Assembly (NCBI GenBank): GCA_051294375.1
Contig: CM119265.1
Span: 20,464,672 to 20,528,671, forward strand
Source of the DNA: Paraspadella gotoi
Lineage: Eukaryota; Animalia; Chaetognatha
Direction: 5' to 3'
DNA: 64,000 bases
Part shown: piece after piece, positions 51,143-64,000 of the stretch
Numbering within the stretch: the first letter of the stretch is position 1
Layout: each line of letters starts with the position of its first letter
The notes under the pieces: generated by a model
The model's input: the letters and a program-made list of their open reading frames with translations, nothing else
Told to the model about the DNA's origin: nothing
Databases searched by the model: none
Translations under genes and position numbers: made by a program

Positions 51143-51291
51143 TAGGTTATGTGTTAATAGTATTATGGGTTTGGTTTGTGATTATGGTTAGGTTAGAATT
51201 TGGTTAAGGTTTACAGTTAGGGGATAAGTTCAGGAATTCTAGTTTAGGATAAGGTTATATATTTGAGTTAAAATTAAGTTCAGGAGTTAGG
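51143..51291 (+). repeat. Degenerate (TTAGGG)-like hexamer tract
   Basis: taggttatg...ggttaggttaga..ttggttaaggtttacagttaggg...tttaggataaggtta...gagttagg. Confidence 0.5.
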
Positions 51292-52290
51292 AACAGAAAC
51301 GAAACGTTTTCGGAAAATAATACCATAAAAACATGAGGGAGAACGAAAAAGATGAAAGAAAAAGAAATGAAGTAGAAAAACGAAAGAAGGAGATAAAAAT
51401 GACGAGAAGGAGAACGAGAGAAAAAAAGGGAGAATAGATTCCCAGAAGATTTCACGTGCTTTTTGTCACCATCGAGTTTCGACCTTAAAACAGTCGACGA
51501 CGACGACGACGACGACGACGACAAATCTGATGTCACGAGAGACTAACGAAAGACGAGACGACAACAACGAATACGACAGTGACGACGACGACGCAAAAAA
51601 TCAGAACGATTACATCATTAATGATAAACAATTTGGACGAAATAAGACAAAGGAGAATTTCAGCCTTTATTTTTGACATTAAGTAAATACGAGTGTAGAA
51701 TATTCAAATGCTCAGTAAGAAATTCGTTATAAATGAGCAACAAAAAAAATTGTGAAACTTTTCAAAATTGGTTGTAATTGGATAGAGAAATCTTGAAACG
51801 GACCCCGTTCGGACAACAGCTCAAATTTTTTTTTAAATTTCAACTTTATTCTTTGTTCGCATATTCTTCTTTATTCTTCGTTTCTCTTCTTCGCTAATCC
51901 TAAACAAGTGAATTTTCTCTCGTGACGGATTCTGTCCCGTTAGCCCGTGTCCTTCTCCCGAGCGAAAACCTCCTCCTCTTTCTCTTTCTCCTCCTCCTCC
52001 TCCTCCTCCTGACTCCTCCTCTTCTCCCTTTCCTCGATTTCGTCATCAGCTATATATTTCTCTCTCTCTCATCTCTCTCTCTCTTCTCATCTCGACTCTC
52101 TCTCTCCTCTCTCTTCTCTCTTCATCTCGTCTCTCTCTCCTCCGCTCCTCTTCTCTTCTTCTCTTTCTCATTCTGTGACACAGAATCTTCTCCTCGCAAC
52201 GTTTTTTTTTTCTTCTTTTTTTTTCTCCACTTATCTCCTTTTTTTTCGTCACTCAGACTCGTTTTCTTTTCGCCCATCGATTGACGTCGC

Positions 52291-52301
52291 TTTCTTTCTT
52301 G

Positions 52302-52400
<99 letters not shown>

Positions 52401-52401
52401 T
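52291..52401. repeat. (TTTC)n microsatellite
   Basis: About 27 units. Confidence 0.95.
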
Positions 52402-53622
52402 ATTTTTATACTTTAATCACTTCCTAAGCATTTTATTTCGTTTTTAGTTCAAATTATGTTTTTTGAAAACTATTTTTCCCCTTCATCGATCTATATTTTT
52501 TGGTTTGCTATATTTTTAATCAATAAGTCATAGTACTGCATTATTTTGATTTATTTTTTCAGGATTATTCTCAGCAAACCTCTCTTCTTACTTTTCTAGT
52601 GATTTTTTTGTTTCACTCTTTATTCTTTTCACTTTTTTCCTATTTTTACTTTATTTTGTTTTTTCTTTTTGACCAGAAATATATTCATGTTCCACTCAGT
52701 CTTTCCTAATCTTATCAGAGTTTTCTCCTTTTCCTTTCTGTGACTTTCTTTCCCTCTTGAAAAATGTTACCCTTTTTTTTTCCTGTCGTTCCTCATATTC
52801 ATTGTCTCTCTCGGATCTCTCTCTCTCTCTCTCTCTCTCATCTCATCTCTCTCTCTCTCTCTCTCTCTCTCTAGCCTCCCTTTCTTTTTCACATTCATTG
52901 AGATTTTCCAATTTTCACCGCCGACTAATTTTGAGTTCAATCTCAAAAAAAGAAGAAAAAAGATATAATACTTTTTTCTCCCTTATTTCGATTCAGTTCC
53001 TTTTATAATCTTTTATTTCCTTCCATTTTTTTTCATTCGAAAAAGATGCTGGATATTTTTTTTATATATTTTTTAGAGCAGCTGTTTTCGTGACATCAGT
53101 TTTTAGCTATTGCTATTGTTTCCTTCGGTTCCACGGAGAAAATTAATGTTTCATTTTGTTTTTTTTTTCCTGAAAGGAGAAACTTGATTAAAACAAAAAT
53201 TCCTCAGTGAAACAATAGAACAAAAGAAACCGAATCGAAAAACGTTTAGCGACGAGAGAAATGATAAAAAAAGAATATAACAAATCAAAAAGTAATAATA
53301 AAACAATAATTTAAAACAAAAACGCTAACGCTGAAGAACGGGGCAAGGTGCAAATCGCCGGCCATAATAGTAAATAATTGCGAGTGCCTTTTTACCAAAA
53401 AAAAAAAAAAAAAAAAGAATCAATAAAAATACTTCAAAAATAATTAAACAACGCGAAAAAGTTTGAATAAAAAATTTAAAACAACATTTGCTTCACTTGT
53501 TCAACTCTTTCACTCTTTTAGCTACGCACGTAACTTTTCAAAGGTAAGAAACTAGTTTTAGTTGGTGGGAGCTGTTGCGAACTTTGCTCGGAGAATGAGA
53601 GAGAGGGAGAGAGAGGGAGAGA

Positions 53623-53662
<40 letters not shown>

Positions 53663-54896
53663 GAGATAGAACGTGAAAATGTGACACTCGTCCCTCGGGG
53701 CAGCCGGCCCGGGTGAAACAATTAAAAATGAAAGATAATAAAGATAAGGAGGGGGAAGAGGAAGAGTTGTTCTTTAAAAAAAAAGTGGATGAGCATAAAG
53801 AAGAGTGAGAACTTCACTTTTATTCACTTTTATTCACTTTTTTTTTACGCTGACATTCAAAGCCACATCTTTTCTCGTTTTTCTTTGACCTGCGAAATTT
53901 ATAATCTGCGAAACAGAAAAATCCTTTTTGGGTGAATCTTTTAATCTTGGCTTTAAAATCTATTCCCTAGAATCTATTACTTATAATTAATCATTAATAA
54001 TTATTCTAAAACGCTCCCTATTTGAAATTATATTTTTTGTCATAATTTGTTTTAATGACACCTTATGTGGTTGGTAGTGGCTACATAACGATTTTCTATA
54101 AATAAAAACACCAGAATATTTGTAACAATAAAATTTATCGAAAATAAACTAGAACTGGTTTGCCAAAGATTGCATTCTCGTATTTATGCAATGAGCTGAG
54201 AATGAATTAAACGAAAAATTATTAAACTATATTAAAGCCATAAAAAACACGAAATTCTTCTTGAAGACGTCAAATTTTGAGCTGAACAATTGTGAACTTG
54301 ACTTTTTCTGTCACTGAGATCAATTCTTATCTCATTCAAGTTGAATTTTTTATTCGAAACTTTTTTTTCCGTTCTTCGATCCTCTCCAGAACCGAACAGC
54401 TCAGTTATATATTCACAAAACAACGAGATTTATTATCGAATTTTATAAATATTAATAATGTGATACGTTCTCGTCAATAGACTGAAAACTGAAGAATAAA
54501 TCGAAAAATAAACTTTAAAAATATTTACTAGTACGTAGATTGCGGCTTACATAGTAAAACTAATAATATTACGATTTTCATAACTTGGTATTGGTAATAA
54601 TACAATTACTTTGGTTGTTTAACAATTCCAAACACGATTTCTTCCTCAGGTCGGCACTGAATGTTATTCGGCTCATCTTCGTTTTTCACGTCCTGATTTT
54701 GCATCAATTAAGACAAATTAAAAAAAAAACACAAACAAAAGTGAATCGATTTAACCTCCGCGGCAAACACGAGTAAAAAAAAAAAACAAACGAGGAAAAG
54801 AGAGAACTAAAAACCAAATCCCTTAAAAGAGGGACGAGAAACTCATTTCGTAATATCCTTTTCTTTCACTTGATTTTCTTTTTCTTTTTTTTTCTA

Positions 54897-56251
54897 GCGT
54901 TTTACGGGTCCCATCGCTTGTACACCCACCCAATACCCCCCTTTCCCCTACGGGCCCCGTGGGCCGCCCGGATTTTTCTGGCACGATTTGGTCCCCAGGG
55001 TAGAAAAGGCGAAGCGAATGAAACGTCATTTCCGATCTGGGGGGATTCTTTTGGGGGGGGGCGGACCTAGGGGGGGGAAACCAATTCAGGGACGACGGGC
55101 TTTTGATTTCGGGGTTAGAAGCGCAAAGAAACGAAATTGAAGCGTTCGAGTGGCTTAGGTTTTGTTATTTTCATCTACTTCGTTCATGCATAGTGCACAA
55201 AGGCGAAGCTAGATTATTTTGATAACGCATTTTCTTTTTCCCGTGGAATTGAATTGGCGATATAGAAATAATAATGGCAATAATAATATTGAGATATTGT
55301 CGATGAATAATAGATGATGGATTTTTTCATAAAAGAACGCGTTCTCCTGTTATGTATTTTCAAGATTATCCAGCATTTTACGATTAAGAACGAATACTTT
55401 TTATGATTTTTTTAAAAGCTGTTATTGTGACACGCCATTGACATTTTTCCCCGACTTGGACACAAATCGTTTTTTGGATCGTGACTCTTTCTCTGCATCA
55501 ATTTAATTCCATTTAATCGCTTCTCGAATAAAATTTAAACTTTATCTCTTGCGGATATTAAAGTGACAACTTTTTTTTACAAACTTCACTTTTTTCGCCC
55601 AAGGTCTATGTGTTTTATTTAAAACTTTTCATTTCCGATATTTAAGCCCTCGTAGTAATAAAGGATAAAGGATAGTTCCCTCGAAAGTGATATGCCCTAA
55701 TCCCTAATAATATTTTCCAGCCCACTTTTTCCACCACCCTACTACATCCACGACATCGTCCGAATCATCTCTCCCCCCCCGTCCCCCTCTCGTAATATCC
55801 CACCCCATTACATTTTCCCATAATCACACTCTCTCTCTTCTCTCTCTCCCCCTTAAGGCTGCCGAGGTTTTGTTTACGTTTTCCGTTTACCTCAAACATT
55901 CGTGAAGTATTTTGTTGCTTCGCCTTCCGTCGAACCAATGGAGTTTTTTTTTTTTTTTTTTTTTTTTTTGTCGCATCGGTCTATTCGCAGGCGCCGATGC
56001 GGTCTTCTGCGGCGGCCGATGCGTCTTTAGGCGGCGCCCAAGTAATGACGCCCGAGACGACGGGGCGACGAAAATCGGTCGCCTTCAAAACTTTTTGGCG
56101 TCGTCGTCGTCGTCGTCGTCGTCGTCGGCGTCGCGTCCGTCGATGGGCAGAAAATGGAAAGAAGGAAGACGCTTTTTCCCTCTCTCTCTCACTTTTGGCT
56201 CCCACTCTCTCTTTTTCCGTCTCTATCTCGGTCTTTCTCTCGTTCTTTCCG

Positions 56252-56321
<70 letters not shown>

Positions 56322-57932
56322 TGGTTCGCCAGCCAACCAAGTTCCGCTTCTCGCGTGACGTCGGAAGGAAAAATTGCAAATCAGGCGGAAGGCCTCGCCG
56401 TCTTTCTTTGTTTTTCCTTCGATTCGCCGACGATGTGAACGACGGGTGTGAACGTCTTCCTGAGCGTCGTTGTGAACGTCGTCGTGAACGTTGTTGTGAA
56501 CGCAGGTTCCTGGGCCAAAGTTGATCTTCTTTTCTCCTTCGCGTTTGGATTCCTTCAAGATCGGAAATTCTTCACGAATTTTTTTCCCTTTTTTTCTTTC
56601 TCTCTTTTTTTTTGTTTCCCTTTACGAAAGAAATTCGGCCTTAATTTTCTGCGATTGAGTCTGCTTACCGTTGCTAGGAAGACGATAGAATCACCTCTTC
56701 AGCAATCAGAGGAAAAAAGAGAGACGAAAGACTGACTGACTCCCGAAACAGAANNNNNNNNNNNNNNNNNNNNNNNNNGTTTCCTTTACGAAAAATCGCC
56801 TTAATTTTTTCTGCCGCTCTGAGTCTGCTTCCGTTTAGGAAGGACGATTAGAATCACCTTCAGAATCAGAGGAAAAAGGAGAGAAAGACTGACTGACTCC
56901 GAAACAGAGAAGATAAAAAAAAGATCGATAAAGATCTTCCCCTTCAATTCGGTCTTACAACAGTTTTTCTCTTTTGAAACAAAGAGGAAGAAATCAGTTG
57001 CTCGAAACGAAAAAAGTCGCGACTCGGAAAATCCCACACTATATATATATATTACCGAAAGTAATTTTCCAGTTAAATTCGTTCGATTTATCGGAGAATC
57101 CTGCTCCCCTTAAGAAAAAATAAAGGCGGACGACGCAAGAATCCCAATTTTCCGACCGACTAAAGAATTTTTACGACGACGAAAACGCACGACGACGACG
57201 ACCGGACTTCCATAACCCGCCTCAAAGACTTTTACCCTCCACCCTCCACCCCTCACCTCTTCCACTCCCGCCATTATCGGCGTCCCAACAAAAAACCAGG
57301 GCGGGTTTTTCATAGTCTCCTCGCCCCCCCAATCCTTCGCGTCACCCGGCCCCTTTCCTGCCGTCTCATCGGCCGCTTCCGGCGCTGCCGCCTCGCTCTA
57401 TATAAAGTCGTTACCTTGAGTACCATCACAACAAATCGTCATCATTCAACAATCATCAACTTTGGGACGCGGAAGGAGATAGAGAGAAGATAGACAGAAG
57501 AGACGATTCTCCCCCTCTCACTCTCTTTTTTTATTTTCTCCTAGCCGATACAGTAAATACAGGAAACCCATTTCCCAAGAAGCGCAGAGAAAAGAGAGAA
57601 AGAAAAAAAGGGGAAAAAAAATTCGTGAAGAATTTCGATCGATCTGAAGGAATCCAAACGCGAGGAGAAAAGAAGATCAACTTTGGCCCAGGAACCTGCG
57701 TTCACAACAACGTTCACGACGAACGTTCACAACGACGCTCAGGAAGACGTTCACACCCGTCGTTCACATCGTCGGCGAATCGAAGGAAAAACCAAAGAAA
57801 GAGCGCGAGGCCTCGCCTGATTTGCAATTTTTCTTCCGACGTCACGCGAGAAGCGGAACTTGGTTGGCGCCGACCAGATAGGAAGAGAGAGAGAGAGAAG
57901 GAGAGAGAAAGGAGAGAGAGAAAGAGCAAGAG

Positions 57933-57968
<36 letters not shown>

Positions 57969-58085
57969 CGGAAAGAACGAGAGAAAGACCTGAGATAGAG
58001 ACGGAGAAAAGAGAGAGTGGGAGCCAAAGTGAGAGAGAGAGGGAAAAAGCGTCTTCCTTCTTTCCATTTTCTGCCCATCGCGACG

Positions 58086-58121
<36 letters not shown>

Positions 58122-58242
58122 CCAAAGTTTTGAAGGCGCCGAATTTTCGTCGCTCCCGTCGTCTCGGCGTCATTACTTGGGCGCCGCCTAAAGACGCATC
58201 GGCGCCGCAGAAGACCGCATCGGCGCCGCGAATAGACCGAGC

Positions 58243-58280
<38 letters not shown>

Positions 58281-59322
58281 CATTGGCCGACGGAAGGCGA
58301 AGCAAACAAAAATACTTCCACGAATGTTTGAGGTAAACGGAAAACGTAAACAAAACCTCTGCAGCTTAAGGGGGAGAGAGAGAGAGCAGAGAGAGTGTGA
58401 TTATGGGAAAATGTAATGGGGTGGGATATTACGAGAGGGCGGACGAGGGGGGGGAGATGATTCGGAGGATGTCGTGGATGTAGTAGGGTGGTGGAAAGTG
58501 GGCTGGAAAAATTATTATTAGGGATTAGGGCATATCACTTTCAGGGAAACTATCCTTTATCCTTTATTACTACAGGGCTAAATATCGGAAATGAAAAGTT
58601 TTAAATAAAACACATAGACCTTGGGCGAAAAAAGTGAAGTTTGGTAAAAAAAAGTTGTCACTTTAATATCCGCAAGAGATAAAGTTTAAATTTTATTCGA
58701 GAAGCGATTAAATGGAATTAAAATTGATGCAGAGAAAGAGTCACGATCCAAAAAACGATTTGTGTCCAAGTCGGGGAAAAATGTCAATGGGCGTGTCACA
58801 AAACAGCTTTTAAAAAAATATAAAGTATTCGTTCTTAATCGTAAAATGCTGGATAATCTTGAAAATACATAACATGAGAACGCGTTCTTTTATGAAAAAA
58901 TCCTCATCTATTATTCATCGACAATATCTAAATATTATTATTGCATTATTATTTCTATATCGCCAATTCAATTCCACGGGAAAAAGAAATGCGTTATCAA
59001 AATAATCTAGGCTTCGCCTTTGTGCACTATGCATGAACGAGTAGATGAAAATAACAAAACCTAAAGCCACTCGAACGTTCAATTTCGTTTCTTTGCGCTT
59101 CTAACCCCGAAAATCAAAAGCCCGTCGTCCCTGAATTGGTTTCCCCCCCCTAGGTCCGCCCCCCCCCAAAGAATCCCCCCAGATCGGAAATGACGTTTCA
59201 TTCGCTTCGCCTTTTCTACCCTGGGGACCAAATCGTGCCAGAAAAATCCGGGCGGCCCACGGGGGCCCGTTAGGAAAGGGGGGTATTGGGTGGGTTGGTA
59301 CAAGCGATGGGACCCGTAAACG
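54897..59322. repeat. Large inverted repeat: arms about 54897-56607 and 57590-59322, with a spacer of about 1 kb containing a 25-N gap
   Basis: tttacgggtcccatcgcttgtac (54901) versus gtacaagcgatgggacccgtaaa (59298); ggttcctgggccaaagttgatcttctt (56505) versus aagaagatcaactttggcccaggaacc (57670). Differences are mostly 1-2 nt indels. Confidence 0.92.
57399..57450 (+). promoter_or_regulatory. Candidate RNA polymerase II core promoter (TATA box)
   Basis: TATATAAAG at 57399-57407 follows a GC-rich stretch; Inr-like CCATCAC and TCATCATTC lie about 25-40 nt downstream. Motif evidence only. Confidence 0.3.
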
Positions 59323-60095
59323 CGCTTAGAGTCATAAATAAATATATCGGAGCTTCCTATCCACGAGTGAGATCTCAAGACCTCGACGCGCTGTTATTAC
59401 GTATTGCGCCCTTTCTGATATTTATAAATCAGGTGGCGATTAAGTTTTTTTTTTCGGTTTTAAAATATATATTGTTTAGTATTGTTACAGTTGGGCGGGG
59501 TTTACGTTAATGATTTTTGTTGTTGGTTGTAAATTAGACCTCTGTTTATAAAACTTTTATTAACCTTTTTTTAAAACCTGCCCACGTTGATTCTTCCCTA
59601 CTAAAGTCTCAGTCAGTGACGCAAATGAAAAACGTCAAGCCCTGGTAAAACCCTTTCGTCAAATTCCTCTAGTCCTCTAAACAATAGCTCTTCATCCATC
59701 ACCCTGATTTATTTTCCATTCAAACCCCTGATTTCGTTCCATTCATCTCTGCTATTCGACGTTGCCATTCCTATTTTAATGGTCTTAATTTGTTTTCAAT
59801 CCCTCCGATCTTTCGACCCTTTTTCTGTTCCTTTTTTCCTTTTTTTTTTTAATCTCGCACAAAGATTCCTTTTGATCTTTTCCTTTTTTTCCATCTTTCT
59901 TTCGTTGCTTTTCTCAAGATTTTTTCTTTCTTTTTATAGTGTGCCATTTTATTTTTTTGTAGGGGACTCTTTATCTCGTTCTCTGTCTCGCTTTTCTCTC
60001 TATTTCTGTCGCTCACTTTCTCCTTTCTCTTTGCTCTATTATTTATTTGTCTTCCTGATTTATCCGGCCACCCCCCCGAAAATTCCATCATTTAA

Positions 60096-60132
<37 letters not shown>

Positions 60133-60238
60133 TCTCGTCTCTCTCTTCTCGCTTCTCTCTCTCTCTCTCTCTCTCTGTTCCATCGAAAGCCGTACGGCGC
60201 ATCCATACCAAAAATCGATTCTCTCTCTCTCTCTCTCT

Positions 60239-60281
<43 letters not shown>

Positions 60282-60335
60282 TTCTCTCTCTCCTCGTCAT
60301 TCATCATCCTCAGTATGAATGAAAGAATCCAAGTT

Positions 60336-60578
60336 TCAGTTTGAGTCTCGTCCTGCACGAATCCATATACATGAGGCTGCCCCTCCTCCGCCCCCCATCT
60401 TAGGGGTAAGACGAGCCGGGTGAGGCGGGTTTAGGCAGGTCCGTAGGCTGGCCGTGAGTCTGGGTGGAGGGGCACCAGTGACCTCATTCACGAGCGGAGG
60501 CGCCCGCCTCATGTCGTCGTCGTGCGTCTCGTCGTCTTTTTTGAAGGCGACGAGGAGGCCGGGCGACTTCCGAGTTAA
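60336..60578 (-). CDS. Candidate GC-rich exon, product unknown
   Basis: Open frame LTRKSPGLLVAFKKDDETHDDDMRRAPPLVNEVTGAPPPRLTASLRTCLNPPHPARLTPKMGGGGGAASCIWIRAGRDSN* in a GC-rich island between microsatellites; weak acceptor caaag|. Confidence 0.25.
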   Translation of the reverse strand, partial: LTRKSPGLLVAFKKDDETHDDDMRRAPPLVNEVTGAPPPRLTASLRTCLNPPHPARLTPKMGGGGGAASCIWIRAGRDSN

Positions 60579-61873
60579 CCTTTGCATTTTAGTTCGAAAA
60601 CAATGAACATCGGATGGAGGAGAGAGAGAGAAGAGAGAGAGAGGATGAGAGAGAAGAGAGAGGAGAGAAGCGAGGAGAGAGAGGAGAGAGAGAGAAGGGG
60701 ATTTGAATAACGAATAATAAACATAGGTCCTGCGGTATTTCGTCTGTCCATTCTCTCTATTTTTATATCTGGTCTTTTCTTTTCTTTCTTTCTTTCTTTC
60801 TCTTTCTTTCTTTTCTTTCTTTTCTTTCTTTCTTTCTTTCTTCTTTCTTTCTTTCTTTTTTTTTCTTTCTTTTTTCTTTCTTTATTTTCGGTTTCGTTTA
60901 ATTCTTTCTTTCTTTTTTCTTTCATTTCCTTGTCTCCGTTCTCTTTCATTCTTTCCGTCTCAGACGGACGACGTTGACATCTTTTTTGTTCGATATTTTT
61001 TTTTCTCTTCATCTTCTCGATTTTCTTCTTCATATAATTCACTTTTTAATCATTGTCGAAGGCGCTTCCACTCTTCCTCTTTTCTCTTTTTTAGTGTTTG
61101 CAATTTTGTTTGTTTTTTCTAGCTTTTTTATTTGGATCTTTAACGTAGTTATAATTTTCACATTCAACGTTACGTTTACATGACATTACACAATTCCTCT
61201 TTCTCTCTTTCATTATATGTCTTTTTTTTTTCCAACTTCTTCTTTCCACCAGCGAAGAAATTATGAGCTCTTCATTTCCAATTTTTCACAAAGTCGAAAA
61301 GAGGTTTTGCCAAAAGCATTAGAAACAAAATGTAATTTGCTTGAGTCTTTGAGTCTTAACTCTTTTTTTTTAAGCCTTTAAATGAAAGGGAAAAAAAAAA
61401 GCTGAGGCCTCGTTCCGGGTTCGAGATGCGAAGAGGTTTTGAGGGCGTCAGGGTTCGTAACTCGATTCAAGTTTATAGTGGATTAAAAATTGGTCCGCGG
61501 CGTTTTCTTCGAATAAAAGACCAATTAATGAATTAATAGAATTGAATTTTCTCGAAAATCGCTTCTCTCTTTCCTTGAATTAAAAAAAATTTGCGGCTTA
61601 AGGGAGACAACGTGAAAGTGAGTTTTTCCCAACGCATCCGCCTTGTCTCTTGGCCAATGTCTCACGATCTTTTAAAAATAAAAAAAAAATTAAATTTTAT
61701 ATTTATATCTAAACTCAACGATTTTGACATTCCTTCTTCGACGATAAAATCTTTTCCGCGATTTTAAAAGCGGAAATCCCAATCATTGGGGCAGCGAAAA
61801 AACGGCGTCCAGGTGGCGCCGCTCACTCATTGTTGCCAAAAAAACCCGTTTCAGATTTCATATCAGAAAACTT

Positions 61874-61964
<91 letters not shown>

Positions 61965-63200
61965 CGACCGGGTTTTCAGTCAGGTGACACCCTCTATGGT
62001 TTATCTTTTTCTTTACTACTTTTTCTTTTTTTCCTTATTTCTTCCCTTTTTCCTAGACTTTGTCTTGGATTTTTTTTTTTCGTTTGCGCTTCAATGTTTG
62101 AGGAGTTTTCTCACTTCTAAACCGAGAAGAGAATCGTATTTTTTTCAAAAGATTTTTTACCGAGCCGAAACAAGTAAATAAATCTCATGAATTTGGATTT
62201 AGTGTGTTTAAAAAATGACACGTAGACATCCAACGATCGATAAAACCAGACTGAACTCTTTCCTTATTAAATAAAAGTAAAATTCTTAATACAAAACAAC
62301 TTTACATTTCGTAATAATATAAACTATTTATTATTCTCAGAAACTGGAACATTTTAAACTAAATTCCTGTATTTTAGGGGGGGGAACCTGACAAAAAAAA
62401 ATAGTTCTGTTGGTCTTATCGCTAAATCACTCCCCCGCGCTTTAATGAGCGTAAAAAGGCTCGCGCTTCGTTTATTCATTTACAAACTCTATTTATATGG
62501 CTTATTTTTTCCCTTACACAATACACACTCGGTGTTTTTTTTTCTATCAACATTGATTTTTATTCCCGATTTTTATCCGCGCATTCGATTTCATCCTCAC
62601 AGCCGCGACTGCCGAAACGTCAACATCGCAAAAACTCGTCTTTTCAGAAAAAAAAAAAAAAAAATTAAAACAAAGGAAACAAAGATCGAAAATTCCCGCC
62701 AGAGTTCTCTCTTTGATTGTTGACGAGAAAAAATTAAAAAAAAGCGGACTTCGCTGGACGCGGCCAACGGCGATCGTCGTTCTCGAGGACGCAAGCAGTG
62801 AGTTGATCAGCCTACCCGTGATTGGGCCGTGATTTGGGCCGGTTGATTCATCTCACCTTCAGTCCCAAAATTTTTCGTTCGTCTCTGGAAGAAGTGAGGA
62901 AAAAAAAATTCAGAATAGGATATCCTCTTGTCCTCAAGGAAAGTTTATTTAAATAAACCATGATTCCTCTTTGTCTTTCTCTCTCTCTCTGCTTTCTCTG
63001 TCTGTCTTTGTCTCATTCATCACACACAAACCACACGAAACAAAAGGACAATGGAACGCTCTTTGTCCCCAAAAAACTAATTCTCTTGATGACGTTCAAG
63101 TTTTCGAGGATTCGCACCGACCCTCAAGGAATCCTTACCCCCAATCGCAACACAATAGAGACAAACATTCTTCTCTCTCTCTCCTCTCTCTCTCTCTCTT

Positions 63201-63250
<50 letters not shown>

Positions 63251-64000
63251 CTTCTTCCGGCCTGACCGCGGAAAAAACCACCTTATCTCTCTCTCCCTCC
63301 TCCCGATATTTGCGTTTGTGTGATAGCTATTGCGATAATTATTCTCTCTCTCTCTCTCTTTTTGTCCCCCACCTCAGGGCCTTCCTGCGTGTTGGCGGCC
63401 CCTCGGGTTTTTCTTTTTCAAAAACCCCCAAAAGCGGGAGCGAAATTTAAATCAGCCTTTCTTAAATAAAAGAACAAAAAAAAAAAGAGTATAGAAAAAC
63501 ACTGAAATATTAAGGGAAAACAAAAAAAAGTTTTAAAACCGAAATATAAAAACTTCACCAAATCCAATCGACCACCTCCAGTTTAACCGACCACCTCCCA
63601 ACCCCTAATTCCCTCTCCCCACCATCCCCCCATCCCAGTTCCGAAAAAAAAAACCCCAATTCTCAATCGAGGCGTCAAACTCCCCCAACCCGGGGGGGGG
63701 GGGGGGGGGGGGGGAAAAAACCCCCCCTTCGCGATTCAAACTTCCCTCCCCCCCCGATTTTTCCCCTCCCTCTCCATCTTGTTTTCTACCGATCCGGTCA
63801 ACCCTCGTCCGCCCCGCAGTTTGTCTCCACCCTGCGGACACAAAAAATCGCCACGATTTAGAGAGAGAGCAGACAGAGGACACAGGAGACACAAAAAGAC
63901 AGCAATAGGAGAGAAAGAGGGGAAGATGAGAGAAGAGAGAGAGCAAAAGAGATAAACTCTTCTTCCTCATCTTTCCGTCATCAAAGAGGAAAAAAAATTT

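Noticed and set aside
63600-63780. Poly-G run with flanking C runs as a G-quadruplex or hairpin element
   Set aside because: Homopolymer-inflated, low-quality sequence; cannot be distinguished from sequencing artefact.

Overview
This window is eukaryotic, probably animal, draft-genome DNA, not a prokaryotic accessory region. It shows GT-AG introns with phase-consistent exons, very dense microsatellites ((CT/GA)n, (TTTC)n, (TATC)n, (GAC)n), abundant CpG, and degenerate TTAGGG-like tracts. Almost all ORFs in the supplied track are microsatellite or N-gap read-throughs. Reading splice sites by hand gives three gene models. (1) The 3' part of a plus-strand gene at 3-2123 has four phase-matched exons, encodes a Gly/Ser/Thr-rich protein and ends in an RVxF-like motif. 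(2) A minus-strand gene at about 37534-39795 has short introns and some frame breaks. (3) A minus-strand two-exon 3' end lies at 23919-24358. There are also isolated exon candidates and a possible RNase H remnant near 45.3 kb. The dominant large-scale structure is duplication: 250-2800 recurs as an indel-riddled copy at 2830-6320; a block of about 2.5 kb occurs three times between 15.6 and 24.5 kb, once inverted; 33.4-34.7 kb recurs inverted at 35.6-36.9 kb; 32.2-33.3 kb recurs noisily at 41.5-42.8 kb and 50.2-50.4 kb; and 54.9-56.6 kb recurs inverted at 57.6-59.3 kb. Most of these sit next to gaps of exactly 25 N, so long-read gap-filling artefact is the simplest explanation. I found no CRISPR array, rRNA, tRNA or intact transposon, and no novel biological system that I can support. 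The best biological leads are the two cryptic spliced genes and the paired 21-bp/17-bp minisatellite module.
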